From NCBI GenBank assembly GCA_951406725.2, contig OX597815.1, forward strand, positions 24,614,001-24,678,000: a DNA stretch of 64,000 nt, written 5' to 3'. Both the position numbers and the translations under genes were made by a program. A model generated the notes under the pieces. It ran no database searches, was not told the DNA's origin, and saw nothing but the letters and a program-made list of their open reading frames with translations. Below are positions 39,578-51,100 of this stretch, in pieces (position 1 is the first letter of the stretch; the number at the start of each line of letters is the position of its first letter). The DNA is from Octopus vulgaris (Eukaryota).

Positions 39578-39762
39578 CTGTAAAAGTTTTGAACAAAAAA
39601 GAAGGATAAAATTAGTTTATAAAATGAAAGTGAAATTTAATTACTACTTTGTTCAAACATGTGGATGTTAAAGAATAAGTCTACTAAATATATGGCTCAG
39701 AGTTTGGACACAGAACATCTATTGTCTGGTGCTTTGTCTGTCCTATCCAAAGTTGAGTGATT

Positions 39763-40224
39763 AGTGCCTCATCTGTTGTTACATTAATAAATGATAAGAT
39801 TGTGTAGGCAAAATAGCCATTAATATCAAATATTACTGGCTATTACATAAGATGGCAGTATCAGTACTGTGTTGGATTCAGTTACATTTTTTTGTGTTTT
39901 GAGTTCAAATCTCACTTGGGTCAACTTCTTCCCACTGGGTCAGTAAATAAATACCGGTTAAATTTCGGGGTTGTTTATATCAAAAACACTCTTAGTCTAA
40001 ATAAGTGCTTTATTAATCAAATTAAGAATTATTGTCATTATTAGGATATTGTATTTACAGTATGAATTTAATGCTGGGCTAAATACCAAGTGGTGTTACA
40101 TTACAGCCCTTTATGTTATATATTTTCAAATCTTTTTGGGGGGTTAAATTGGTTGTCCTGCATAGTCTTATGTCTAAAGCAAACTAAAGAACTAAATATC
40201 TAGTCAATTATTGTGGTTGCCTAT
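39763..40224. repeat. long inverted duplication, arm A (pairs with 47635-48120)
   Basis: Hand alignment gives roughly 90-95% identity with two indels (about 17 and 7 nt). Confidence 0.92.
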
Positions 40225-40844
40225 ATTTCCATATATCTTTCTCTTCCTTCATTGACAAACAATGCTTGGAAACTTTGTTGACAAAAGATGATCACTGTGA
40301 GTGGTTTTGAGAAATTCTCAGAGGTAGTGAATAGATTAATAGCCCTTTTACAAGTCATCAGTCCAGTGCCAATGCAGTCTCCTGTTTCAATGCTTGCCAA
40401 GTATAGTACCAAGCATGAGGTTCACTTGAGCAAGTCTGAATGGTTGGCAGCAAATATGGCCAAAGTTTGTTTCTATTTATATACTGTTTGCTGTCTTTGG
40501 CTAGTTTACTAGGTGCTTCTTATGTGGCACCAGCAGCAATGGGGTCATCAAGTAACATGCAAGACAAGGCACCTCAACTGAACAGGGAGTAGTATTGAAG
40601 AAAGTGGGATCTTTGTGGTTTATGTCACTGTTCACAATTATCTTTAAAAAATTTTTTTAATGTATCATATAGACGTAATTTTTTATACTAAATCTGAAAT
40701 TGTTATTTATTTATTTCAGAAAAATTTTGCAAAAATGTTACATGTGTTCAAAGTATGATCATTTTCAGAATTTTCAGCCAATCAGAAAACAGCACGTTCA
40801 CTGCCCCTTCTATCATTGGGAAAGGGGGAAGGGGCATCATTGGC

Positions 40845-41045
40845 ATATCAAAACATTAAACAAGCTCATGAGCAAATTAAATATTTAAAAGCTATGAACA
40901 AACCAACAGGAGTTGCTAGAAATAACAGTCAAAACATTAAATATACATGAGTAAAGTTAACATTAAAACATTCATGAGCAAATTAAATATTTAAAAACTA
41001 CGAACAAACCAACAGGAGTTGCAAGAAATAACAGTCAAATCATTG
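40845..41045. repeat. local tandem duplication, ~110-bp period
   Basis: CATGAGCAAATTAAATATTTAAAA..GAACAAACCAACAGGAGTTGC.AGAAATAACAGTCAAA occurs twice. Confidence 0.85.
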
Positions 41046-41817
41046 TTTAAAACAGACATTTATTAGTTTAAAAAATTCAAGAACAAAAGTTTGCAATACA
41101 CTCTAGGATTTTATAAAATAAATTATCTTTCACATATCTCCTTCACCATTTAAATTCACAAAAATAAAAGTCCACCATGGAACGGTGTGTTCCATAGCAG
41201 CATTTGTTTCCAAACTTTAAAGATGCCTAGGTACTTTCAATTTGTTGAATGTGGGCACTGTCTGTTATGAAAACAAACAATTATGGAATAAGCGGTGGTT
41301 ACACACCTTGTGTGCATGCACAGCATCTTTGGTTAATATGGTGATGTGTAAAATACTCGCTTCTGATTGGCTAAAATACCAAAAGTTTGGTATAGAGAAG
41401 ATTCCATAGACAATCAAGTTTAAATTCCTCTGTTATGACCTGGATGATGATGATAAACAAAAGGGGACTGAGAACCAACACCTTGCTGAACTCCTACCAG
41501 CACACTAAGTTTGTTGGTATACTCATTGCTGACTTTCACCTTACTGACAGCACCCCTGTACATATCTTGGATGGCTCTCCCCAGCCATTCATATTTATTG
41601 TATCTTTCTCTTTTCTCATTTTACTTGTTTCAGTCATTTGACTCTGGCCATGCTGGAGCACCGCCTTTAGTCGAGCAAATCGACCCTGGGACTTATTCCT
41701 TGTAAGCCTAGTACTTATTCTATCGTTCTCTTTTGCCGAACTGCTAAGTTATGGGGACGTAAACACACCAGCATCGGTTGTCAAGCAATGTTGGGGGGGA
41801 CAAACACAGACACACAA

Positions 41818-41878
<61 letters not shown>

Positions 41879-42089
41879 TACGATAGGTTTCTTTCAGTTT
41901 CCGTCCACCAAATCCACTCACAAGGCTTTGGTTGGCCTGAGGCTATAGTAGAAGACACTTGGGACTGAAAAAAGAACCATGTGGTTCGTAAGCAACTACT
42001 TACCACATGCCTATTGTATGCAAACTAATTTAAAAAAACAAACAAAACAAGAAATCAGACACATGAAAAGTTGGCAAAATATTACTCAC

Positions 42090-42231
42090 TTGTTTTAAAA
42101 TATTTTGCTCTCTGAGCAGTTTTTGTCTTTCACGATCTGGTTTAGATACTTCTAGCTCTAGAGGGTCCGCACCAGTGTTCTCTTGGTTGGCCAGAAAATA
42201 TAGCAAGTCTGACAGAAGTTGGGTGACAGTC
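42090..42231 (-). CDS. Itpr: IP3 receptor exon ([12 protein letters not shown]...[17 protein letters not shown])
   Basis: TAG acceptor and GTGAGT donor; 142 nt, phase 2 to 0; IP3-coordinating R/K/R of the RERQKLxREQ motif present. Confidence 0.96.
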
Positions 42232-42715
42232 CTATCACAAGAGAGGAACATTCTTATTTTCAAGAAAATATTTTCTTATAAATTTTCTTGTAATTTGATT
42301 CTATTAAAAATAATTGCTCTGGATTTTGAATTTTGTTGACTAGAGTAGAATGGCGCATGCATGCATACATGCACAAAAGATAATGCCTTTTTTTTTATCT
42401 GGTTTAGTCAGAGAAAGAACAACAACATCCATAACCATTTTCTTTTACAAAGCTTTTAAAGCTTGTGAGGTAAAGAGATGATGAAATCTCAGTTCATGGT
42501 TCATCCGTTTACAGAATATCTGTTCCAAATGCTTGCAACAAAGTGGGCTCTGATAAAGTCATGTAAGGCCCAAGTGAAATGGAGCAAGAGTGTTAGCTCA
42601 GATAAAAAGGATTTATATTTACAAAGTGAATGTTATCACTCTTAGCTGGGCAGCTAACAGCAGGAGATCAGAGAGCATTAATAAGCAATATATTTTTGAA
42701 AGTTATCACCCTTAA

Positions 42716-42936
42716 CCCTTTCGTTACCAACCCGGCTGAAATCGGCTCTGGCTCTGTAGTACAAATGTCTTGTTTTCATAAGTTTTGAATTAAAATCTTC
42801 CACCAAGCCTTAGTCACAATTTATGTTCCTAACATTAACTTAATGATAACTGAGTTATTTTACTAAATTCTTTGTTATAGTTAAAGTAATTAAAAGAAAC
42901 ACAGAGCATCTCAAAATAAATACAGTAATGAAAGTG
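42716..42936. mobile_element. piggyBac-type MITE
   Basis: TTAA|CCCTTTCGTTAC...GTAATGAAAGTG|TTAA. Confidence 0.75.
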
Positions 42937-43175
42937 TTAAAGTTTGTAACTTTCCATGGATGCTGCGCTTAGTTGAAGACTGAACTAGGTTAACTTGTTC
43001 ATAATATAAACAGATAAAATAGTTAAGTATGGCATTATTATAAGAGACGTAAAAAGATTTGATCTGAAGAAAATTTTCCCAATTATATTCACAATTATAT
43101 CACTTTAATGTTTATGATATAGGAAATTAACATTATGATATAATAAAATGTAAGGCTACAAGTATTAGAACAAAC

Positions 43176-43336
43176 CTTCTTTGATTCTGAGTTATTGAAC
43201 CAGATTCCAGCTTCATTGCAATATTGGATAGAACTTTACTGGCATCATTGGCAAAATCTAAATCACGAACTTCTTGGGGTGAAACTGGAACTATTGCAAA
43301 GGCTTCTTTGTCTTCTTTAATGGAAGCACAACCAAC
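43176..43336 (-). CDS. Itpr: IP3 receptor exon ([36 protein letters not shown]...QNQR)
   Basis: TAG acceptor and GTTTGT donor; 161 nt, phase 0 to 2; conserved [23 protein letters not shown] motif. Confidence 0.96.
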
Positions 43337-44966
43337 CTAAGAGAATGGCAAATGACAAATTCACTAATGGTTGTGAATGGGCATGGTAGATGTGACGGTT
43401 AAAAATGATATTAATAATAGTGGTGACAAGAGGAATGATGGTCAGTATTGATGGCAGTTTAATCTGGTGCTGATGGTTATTTTTGATGTGATAGTAACAA
43501 TGTAAAGGTCATCGGGGCAGCTGTGGAAATAGTATAAAAGTAAAATATTCAGAAACAGATGCTACCAATGGTGGCAATAGGAAAAAATTAAAGTTCTTTA
43601 CTCCAATATGATTTATTATTGCTTTCATATTTACATTCATTAGGAATAGTAAATAACATTGCTGCTACTACTGATGGTTTTTTGGGAAGAAAATCAAAAC
43701 CATGACTGGATTGACCACCACAAGTTATCAAATACTGTCATGACTAATCATTCAACAAAGAAATACTATGTTGTATCTCAGGAGGGTCATTCATCATCAT
43801 CATCATCATCATCATTCTCGTTTAATGTCCGTTTTCCATGCTAGCATGGGTTGGACAGTTCAACCGGGGTCTGGGAAGCCAGGAGGCTGCACCAGGCTCC
43901 AGTCTGATCTGGCAGTGTTTCTACAGCTGGATGCCCTTCCTAACGCCAACCACTCTGTGAGTGTAGTGGGTGCTTTTTACGTGCCACCGGCACAGGGGCC
44001 AGAGAAGATTGGCAATGGCCATGATCGATTGGTGCTTTTTATGTGCCACCAGTACGGGTATCACAACTACAATTTCCATTTGATATTTATTTTGATGTTG
44101 ATGTACTTGACTCAATAGGTCTCCTCAAGCACAGCAGGTCACCCCACAATCCAAGGTATGCACAGCAGGCCGTCCTGCGATCCAAGGTACTTCAATAATA
44201 ACCAGATACACACACTGGTTCTATTTCACTTATTTCTTTATCAATTGCTTAACCATTTAACCAAAGAATTAATAGATTATTTGAGTAATCATTCCGTCAA
44301 TTAATCAAACAGATAAGTTTATCAAAGTCTTTTTGTTGTCATTGTCACTTCCTCAATGGCATGCCTTCTCTAACCCAGTTCTATCTATCTGTTTCATTTC
44401 ACATCAAGAATCTTGAAAACCAAATGTAATAATGAAATAAAGAAATACTGGCTTCTTTGTTGTAAACAACTTCTACTAACAGTCCTGCCACTAAGAATAT
44501 GAAACACTGAGATAAACACTTGGTTTGTCAAATATATATAACATTTGTAACAAAACCATTAGAACTATACAATACTCCACCTTTTCCTGTTATATACATT
44601 TATCCACAAATCAAGCAGAACTCTAGAATAGATTGAAAGTAGAGAGAGTGGCTATGGAAGGCAAGTATAAAATTGTATCACCTCACAGTATTGAATGTTG
44701 TGGGAGTGACTTGGGAACATTACAATGTTCCCAAGTGCAATGAAGACAATAATGATGATGACAAAGACACTGACCATCTATGTTAAAAAAATATTTTAAA
44801 GATATTTCAATGTTTCCATAAAAACAAAAGTTTCTTGAAGATAGTGTTCAAGATTAGCTTGATCACAACTATAAAGCTGAAGCTGATAAGAAAACACAGA
44901 ATGTCAATGGTGAAATGGTGTAATTAAGTTTTAAATTTTTAATTATATATTGGAGAAAATAATTAC

Positions 44967-45066
44967 CTTGTTCATGATAGGTTTATCTTCATCTTTGTCG
45001 ACAGGTATGGATGTACTGTGTACCCAGGTGTTTGTGAAGAGATGTCGAAGACGAACAAAGGAAGAT
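44967..45066 (-). CDS. Itpr: IP3 receptor exon (first in window; MIR/beta-trefoil, [33 protein letters not shown])
   Basis: TTTGCAG acceptor and GTAATT donor; 100 nt, phase 2 to 0; matches vertebrate ITPR1 [30 protein letters not shown]. Confidence 0.95.
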
Positions 45067-45279
45067 CTGCAAATTATGAAGAAATAATTTTACATAATTA
45101 AAAACAACAATATAAGTGAGCCAATTAATTGCACTGAGTGTGCTCTGATGATGACACCTCTTTGTTTAATAGGTCACCAATTTCTGGTCTTACAAGATTC
45201 TAATTAGGAGTCAACTTAGTTGTCAATCAACAGTTTTTATTGTTCAAAGTCAAACAATACATAAAAGGAGCACAATCTA

Positions 45280-45329
<50 letters not shown>

Positions 45330-45951
45330 TTGTTTCTAACATAGACACAAGGTCAGAAATATAAGGGACCAGGTTAGACAACTAAGTCAACTCCAATTGA
45401 TTTAGTTGTCTAACCTGGTACTTTATTTTATTGACCCTGGAGGGAGATAAAGTAAAAATGGACCTTGTTAAGATTTGGAATTAGAATGGTATTTCAAACA
45501 ACATGTATAATAATAATAATAATAATAATAATAATTCTTTCTATTATAGGTACAAGGAGGGCAGTAGTTGATATATTGACCCCATTACTTGATTGGTACT
45601 TTTTCAATTGACCCTGAAAGGATGAAAGGCAAAGTTAACTTGAGTGGAATTTTTGAACTCAGAATGTGGAGACAGACGAAATACTGCTTAGCATTTTGCC
45701 TGGCATGCTAACAATTCTGCCAGTTCACTGCCTTAATAATAATAATAATAATAATAATCTTTTCTACTACAGGCACAGGGCCTGAAATTTTGTGGGAGGG
45801 GGTAAATTGATTACAACAACTCCAGTGTTTGACCCCAAAGGAATGAAAGGCAAAATTGACATTGACGGAATTTGATCTCAGAATGTAAAGAGAGACAAAA
45901 TATTGTTAAGTACTTCATTTGGTGTGCTAACGATTCCGCCAGCTTGCCACC

Positions 45952-45984
<33 letters not shown>

Positions 45985-46147
45985 TTATGCACTGTTTATC
46001 TTGATATGAGATCACCATGTCGTGCACATATGATTGTGATGCATGTGCCTAGTGTACCCTTATCAGACGAGTCATCATGATGGGTATACTGGGCTTCGTA
46101 TATTTTACCCCAGTGTCACTTTGATGGCATGCACTGCTCTCTCACTC

Positions 46148-46192
<45 letters not shown>

Positions 46193-46555
46193 CCTTTTTA
46201 CTAAAGGCACAAGGCCTGAAATTTGTGGGGAGAGAGCTAGTTGATTACATTGACCCCAGTTATCAACTGGTACTAATTTCTTTGACCCTGAAGAGATGAA
46301 AGGTAAAGACAATTTTGCTGAAGTTTGAACTTAAAGACTGATGAAATGTCACTAAGCATTTTGTCCAACATTCTAATGATTCTTCCTGCACTAATGATAA
46401 TAATAATTGTTTTTTATTGTATAATAATTGTTGCTAAGATGCACACAAAACTTGAAATTTGAGGGATAGAATTAGTCAATTAAATTGAACCTAGCACTGC
46501 ATTGATAGTTTATTTTTATCAATTCTATTGATAAAATAAGTTGGCCTTGGCAGGA
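45280..46555 (-). mobile_element. head-to-tail pile of Meta-type SINE copies plus one different 3' fragment, each separated by (AAT)n
   Basis: At least five copies in the same orientation, each abutting (AAT)n runs. Confidence 0.8.
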
Positions 46556-46634
46556 GTAATACTAAAAATGATTTTGTGCAGTGGCACATGCCTCACTCCC
46601 TAAATATATCTCTCTCTTTCTTTCTCTCTCCCCC

Positions 46635-46672
<38 letters not shown>

Positions 46673-46729
46673 TCTGTTGGATAAGACAAATGGTTTACAC
46701 CTGGTAGCTTCATTTGCCATATATATATA

Positions 46730-47278
46730 CAAGCAAACGCCCCCCATCCAATGGATGGTTCTGAATCATATCTGCTGAATAAAAAGCAATCAGTGTTTTC
46801 TTTTCATTAAAAAATGATTAGGCATACATTTATTTCTATAAAATTTTTGGTTTTGTTAAATGAAGTTAAGGCAAAAAAAATCTTCTCAAGAAACCAAATA
46901 GTCTTTCCTTCCTTCATGCCAAGTTTGAAGAAAATATCTCTTTTGCATCTTACTTTTTTTTGGTCTCTTAAATATACTGCATTTTGTGGCATTATTTCAA
47001 GCCAGCTGCCTTTTTTGCGCAAACTGCATGTGCATTTTTCTCGCGTACGCGTAGTATCGATCACAACAGCTGATGTACTTGCATGTACAAATGCACGTTC
47101 TCATGGCTTTATCGATCATATTCTCACCTGGAATCGATTTTTGTAATCTTTTCAAGACTTATAAATGCCCTGATACCGTTGGTATCTACAAATCAAATTT
47201 GAGCGCAATCGGATGGAGGATGCCCGAGATCCTAGAAGACACACACAGAGACAGACAGAAAGGATTTTATATAATAGA
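46730..47278 (-). mobile_element. non-autonomous Helitron, second family
   Basis: 5' A|TCTATTATATAAAATCC followed by (CTGT)n; 3' hairpin CCATCCATTGGATGG then CTTG|T (CTAG variant). Confidence 0.7.
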
Positions 47279-47589
47279 TATGTATATACATATATGAAAG
47301 AATGTGGTTAGTGTAATTGGCTCATAGTTGTAAGGTTGTGAGTTCGATTCCTAGTAGTGCATTGTGTCCTTGAGCAAGACACTTTATTTTACATTGTTCC
47401 ATTCTATTCAGCTGTATTTCAATATGCCAGCCTTGTCACATTCTGTGTTACACTGAATCTCCCTGAGAATTACATTAAGAGCACACATGTCTGTGGATTG
47501 CTCAGCCACTTGCATGTTAAATTCATGAGCAGGCTGTGCCTTTAATCAGATCAACTGGAACCCTTGTCATCACAACCAATGGAATGCCA

Positions 47590-47630
<41 letters not shown>

Positions 47631-47634
47631 AAGG

Positions 47635-48120
47635 ATAGGCAACTACAGTAATTGACTAGAAATTTAGTTCTTTAGTTTGCTTTAGACATCATGGTTAAGA
47701 CTATGCAGGACAACCAATTTAACCCCAAAAAGAGATTTGAAAATATATAACATAAAGGGCTGTAACATAACACCACTTGGTATTTAGCCCAGCATTCAAT
47801 TAACACTGTAAATACAATATCCTAATAATGACAATAATTATTAATTTGATTAATAAAGCACTTATTTAGACAGGGAGTGCATTTGATATAAACAACCCCA
47901 AAACTTAACTGGTATTTATTTATTGACCCAGTAGGAAGAAGTTGACCCAAGTCAGATTTGAACTCAAAACACAAAAAAATGTAACTGAATCCAACACAGT
48001 AATTAGTTCAGCACTTTACTGATACTGCCATCTTATGTAATAGCCAGTAATATTTGGTATTAATGGCTAATTTGCCTACACAATCTTATCATTTATTAAT
48101 GTAACAACAGATAAGGCACT
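47635..48120. repeat. long inverted duplication, arm B
   Basis: Reverse complement of 39763-40224. Confidence 0.92.
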
Positions 48121-51100
48121 TATTTTTGGAAAAGTTCTAGCTATTTTGCTACCTCTGCTAAAGCTCATAAGAAATGCACATACACACATGCGTGCATGTA
48201 TACACACACAAAACTCTTATTCGTGCATACTTCAAACTAGATAGTGTTAACCTGTTAACCAAACACTGAATGATATTTTCATACTGAAAAAAGTCAACAA
48301 ATTGACTATTTATAATACTACACATAAGACAAGTATTTATTCATTTTTTGTTGAATATTATATTTTCTTTTATTAATTCAATTTTAATACAATATTATAT
48401 GATTTTTATTACCTTATCATACACACACACACTGATACACAACAGGAATATACATACATATATATATATACAATATAGACATAACAAATCTCCATCAGTT
48501 TTGGCTTTGGTTTAGTTCTTAGATCAACTGAATTGCCTGCTCATTGAATCATTATGTAAATGGTTGAATATTCCACAGATACTTGTCCAATTAATGTAAT
48601 CCACAGGCATAATCAGTATAACCATGCGTGTGTATGTGAGAGAGAGAGAGAGAGTGTGAAAGATAGAGAGGTGGTGAGCCTTTGAATTACAGGAGCAATC
48701 TATCCAATCAACTTCTGCATATTTCTCATCTACCTAATTTCAATGATACATACTTTCATTATATCATAATAATCTAGTATGGGTTTCAGTAATAGAATCA
48801 TGAAATAGGATCTTGGATTACTTTGTTCCACATTTTGGCCATGCTCTTTACTTAAAAACCTTCTCTTCTTGCCTGTATTAACAATACACTTAGTTTACTC
48901 TTGGCAAAATAGTGGACATAATGTCTCGTTCCTAAGTGTATTTATGAAGTTGTTAGCCATAAAACAAAGAGTCAGAATAATCACAAAATCAACATGACAT
49001 CCTTTCATCTAATGAGGTATGGTCACGTGTTTTTTGACACTTGTATGATATTAGAAAAATGTGGTGACTAATTTCACAGGAGTGTAGTAGTGATATGTGG
49101 ATTGACAGTATGTGTACCAACTGCAAAAATCTCAGACTGATATGAAACTAATACAAAGTTATTACAATACCACTCACAGAGTACTATAAATAATTGTCAC
49201 AGCAATTTTCAAGTTCAAATCATGATAATGTCTTATCCGTAAATGAAGTTCTTCAGAGTTAATGAGAAAGAATACTTTTATATACAAATAAACAAAATAA
49301 ACATTAAAAAAAACAAAACTTGAACAAATTGTGCAGTGTAAGTTTTGCTTTATCTAGATCTGACTGTAAGTTTTTTAGTAACATCATATATAGAGTATTA
49401 CATTTGCGTCATTCACCTAGCAGGCTTGGTGGAAAAAGAATGAGGTGAAAGAAGGCTGTGAAACATGCAGCAGATGCAGAGTACAAGACCTGTAACAGTA
49501 GTTCTAAGTATCTAATTAAAGAATAGAGAGTAGCAGTAAGTCTAGTGAATAGTGTATGAATTTCTCTCCTCTTCTGAGTCAAGAGTACTTATCTCATCAT
49601 GGATACTTTTCTATGTAATTGGACAAAGTACACAGTTTCATTAACTGGGTTTAAACGACTCAGATGTAAATTAGATGAAAAGGAGGGAAACCTGGAAGTG
49701 GGCTGTCAAGCTGGAGGGGGGTGGGGTGTTATACTTTAATTTGTAACCCTTTCCTCACAAAAGGGATTTGGCAAAGGGCAGGCCTTAGAGGCCCTATTTG
49801 TAGAGGTGAGCCAACATCTGGAAACATTTAAGACAGAAGAAATACACATAAATATAACAGGGCAATCAGTATGAGCAGCAGCAGCAGCCAGTATGATGTC
49901 AACATTGAAACAAACATCAATAAACATCCACATTCCATTTACAGTCTCAAGACAATGACAATGATAACAACAATAGCACAAACATAAAATAACAGCCCTT
50001 TAAACAAATTTCTCTCATTACAGAAATTCAAGGGACATACAAAGTTAGGTCAAGCTTTACAGATATACAAATATTCAGTTTGATAAAAGAGTAAAGACTG
50101 CTCAAGTGTTCTTCATATGGTATTTTTTACTTATATACATATTCAACACAAATACATATCAACAATCCTTTTATTTATTTCCCATAAAAATATTTGTTAT
50201 CACATAAGGTACTGTGTAGTAAACACACAACACAACACAACACACACATACACACGCACACAATTTTTAACTGCTGGGTCTGAAAGACTCAGCAAATAAA
50301 AATAAAAGGCACCATCCTGTATGTTTTAAACTATCAGTGTTTACAATCTTATGATTCTGTGTTCAAATCCCCAAACAGACTTTATTCCTTATGAAATATA
50401 GAATGATTATCATTGTGCTAAGAGTAAAGTTTGAGATAGGAGTGGTATCAGAGATAAAAGTTAGTGTAAAGAGAACTCCAACTAGGATTTGCTTTTCTTT
50501 AATACATCTTTTTATGTAATGTAACTGGCAATGCAAAATATATACAATGTCGTCGCCAGTGCTGCAGGACTGGCTCCTGTGCAGGTGGCACGTAAAAAGC
50601 ACCATTTGGGCGTGGCCGTTGCCAGTACCACCAAACTGGCCCTCGTGCTGGTGGCACGTAAAAAGCACCCACTACACTCTAGGAGTGGTTGGCATTAGGA
50701 AAGGCATCCAGCTGTAGAAACTCTGCCAGATCAGATTGGAGTCTGGTTCGCCAGACCTCAGTCAAATCGTCCAACCCAAGCTAGCATGGAAAGCAGACGT
50801 TAAATGATGATTAAATGATGATGTACAAAACTGAACTAAAAGTTCATGTAGAATGAAGTTTTTACACTGCAATAAGAATTATGGAAATATCATGCTGTAT
50901 ATGCATGTTCAATATACAATGTTACAATGTGTATAAAAGTTGAATATGGATCAACAGATGACTACAATAAAGATGCTTGAAATTTTTATGGTTTAATTAA
51001 AAGGAAGGAGCTGTGCTAATGACCTTCGTATTCAATCTGAGGCTGGTGAGATGTCTGCCACTCCTCTGTTCTGTTACTGTTTTGTGTGAAGTCAATATTT

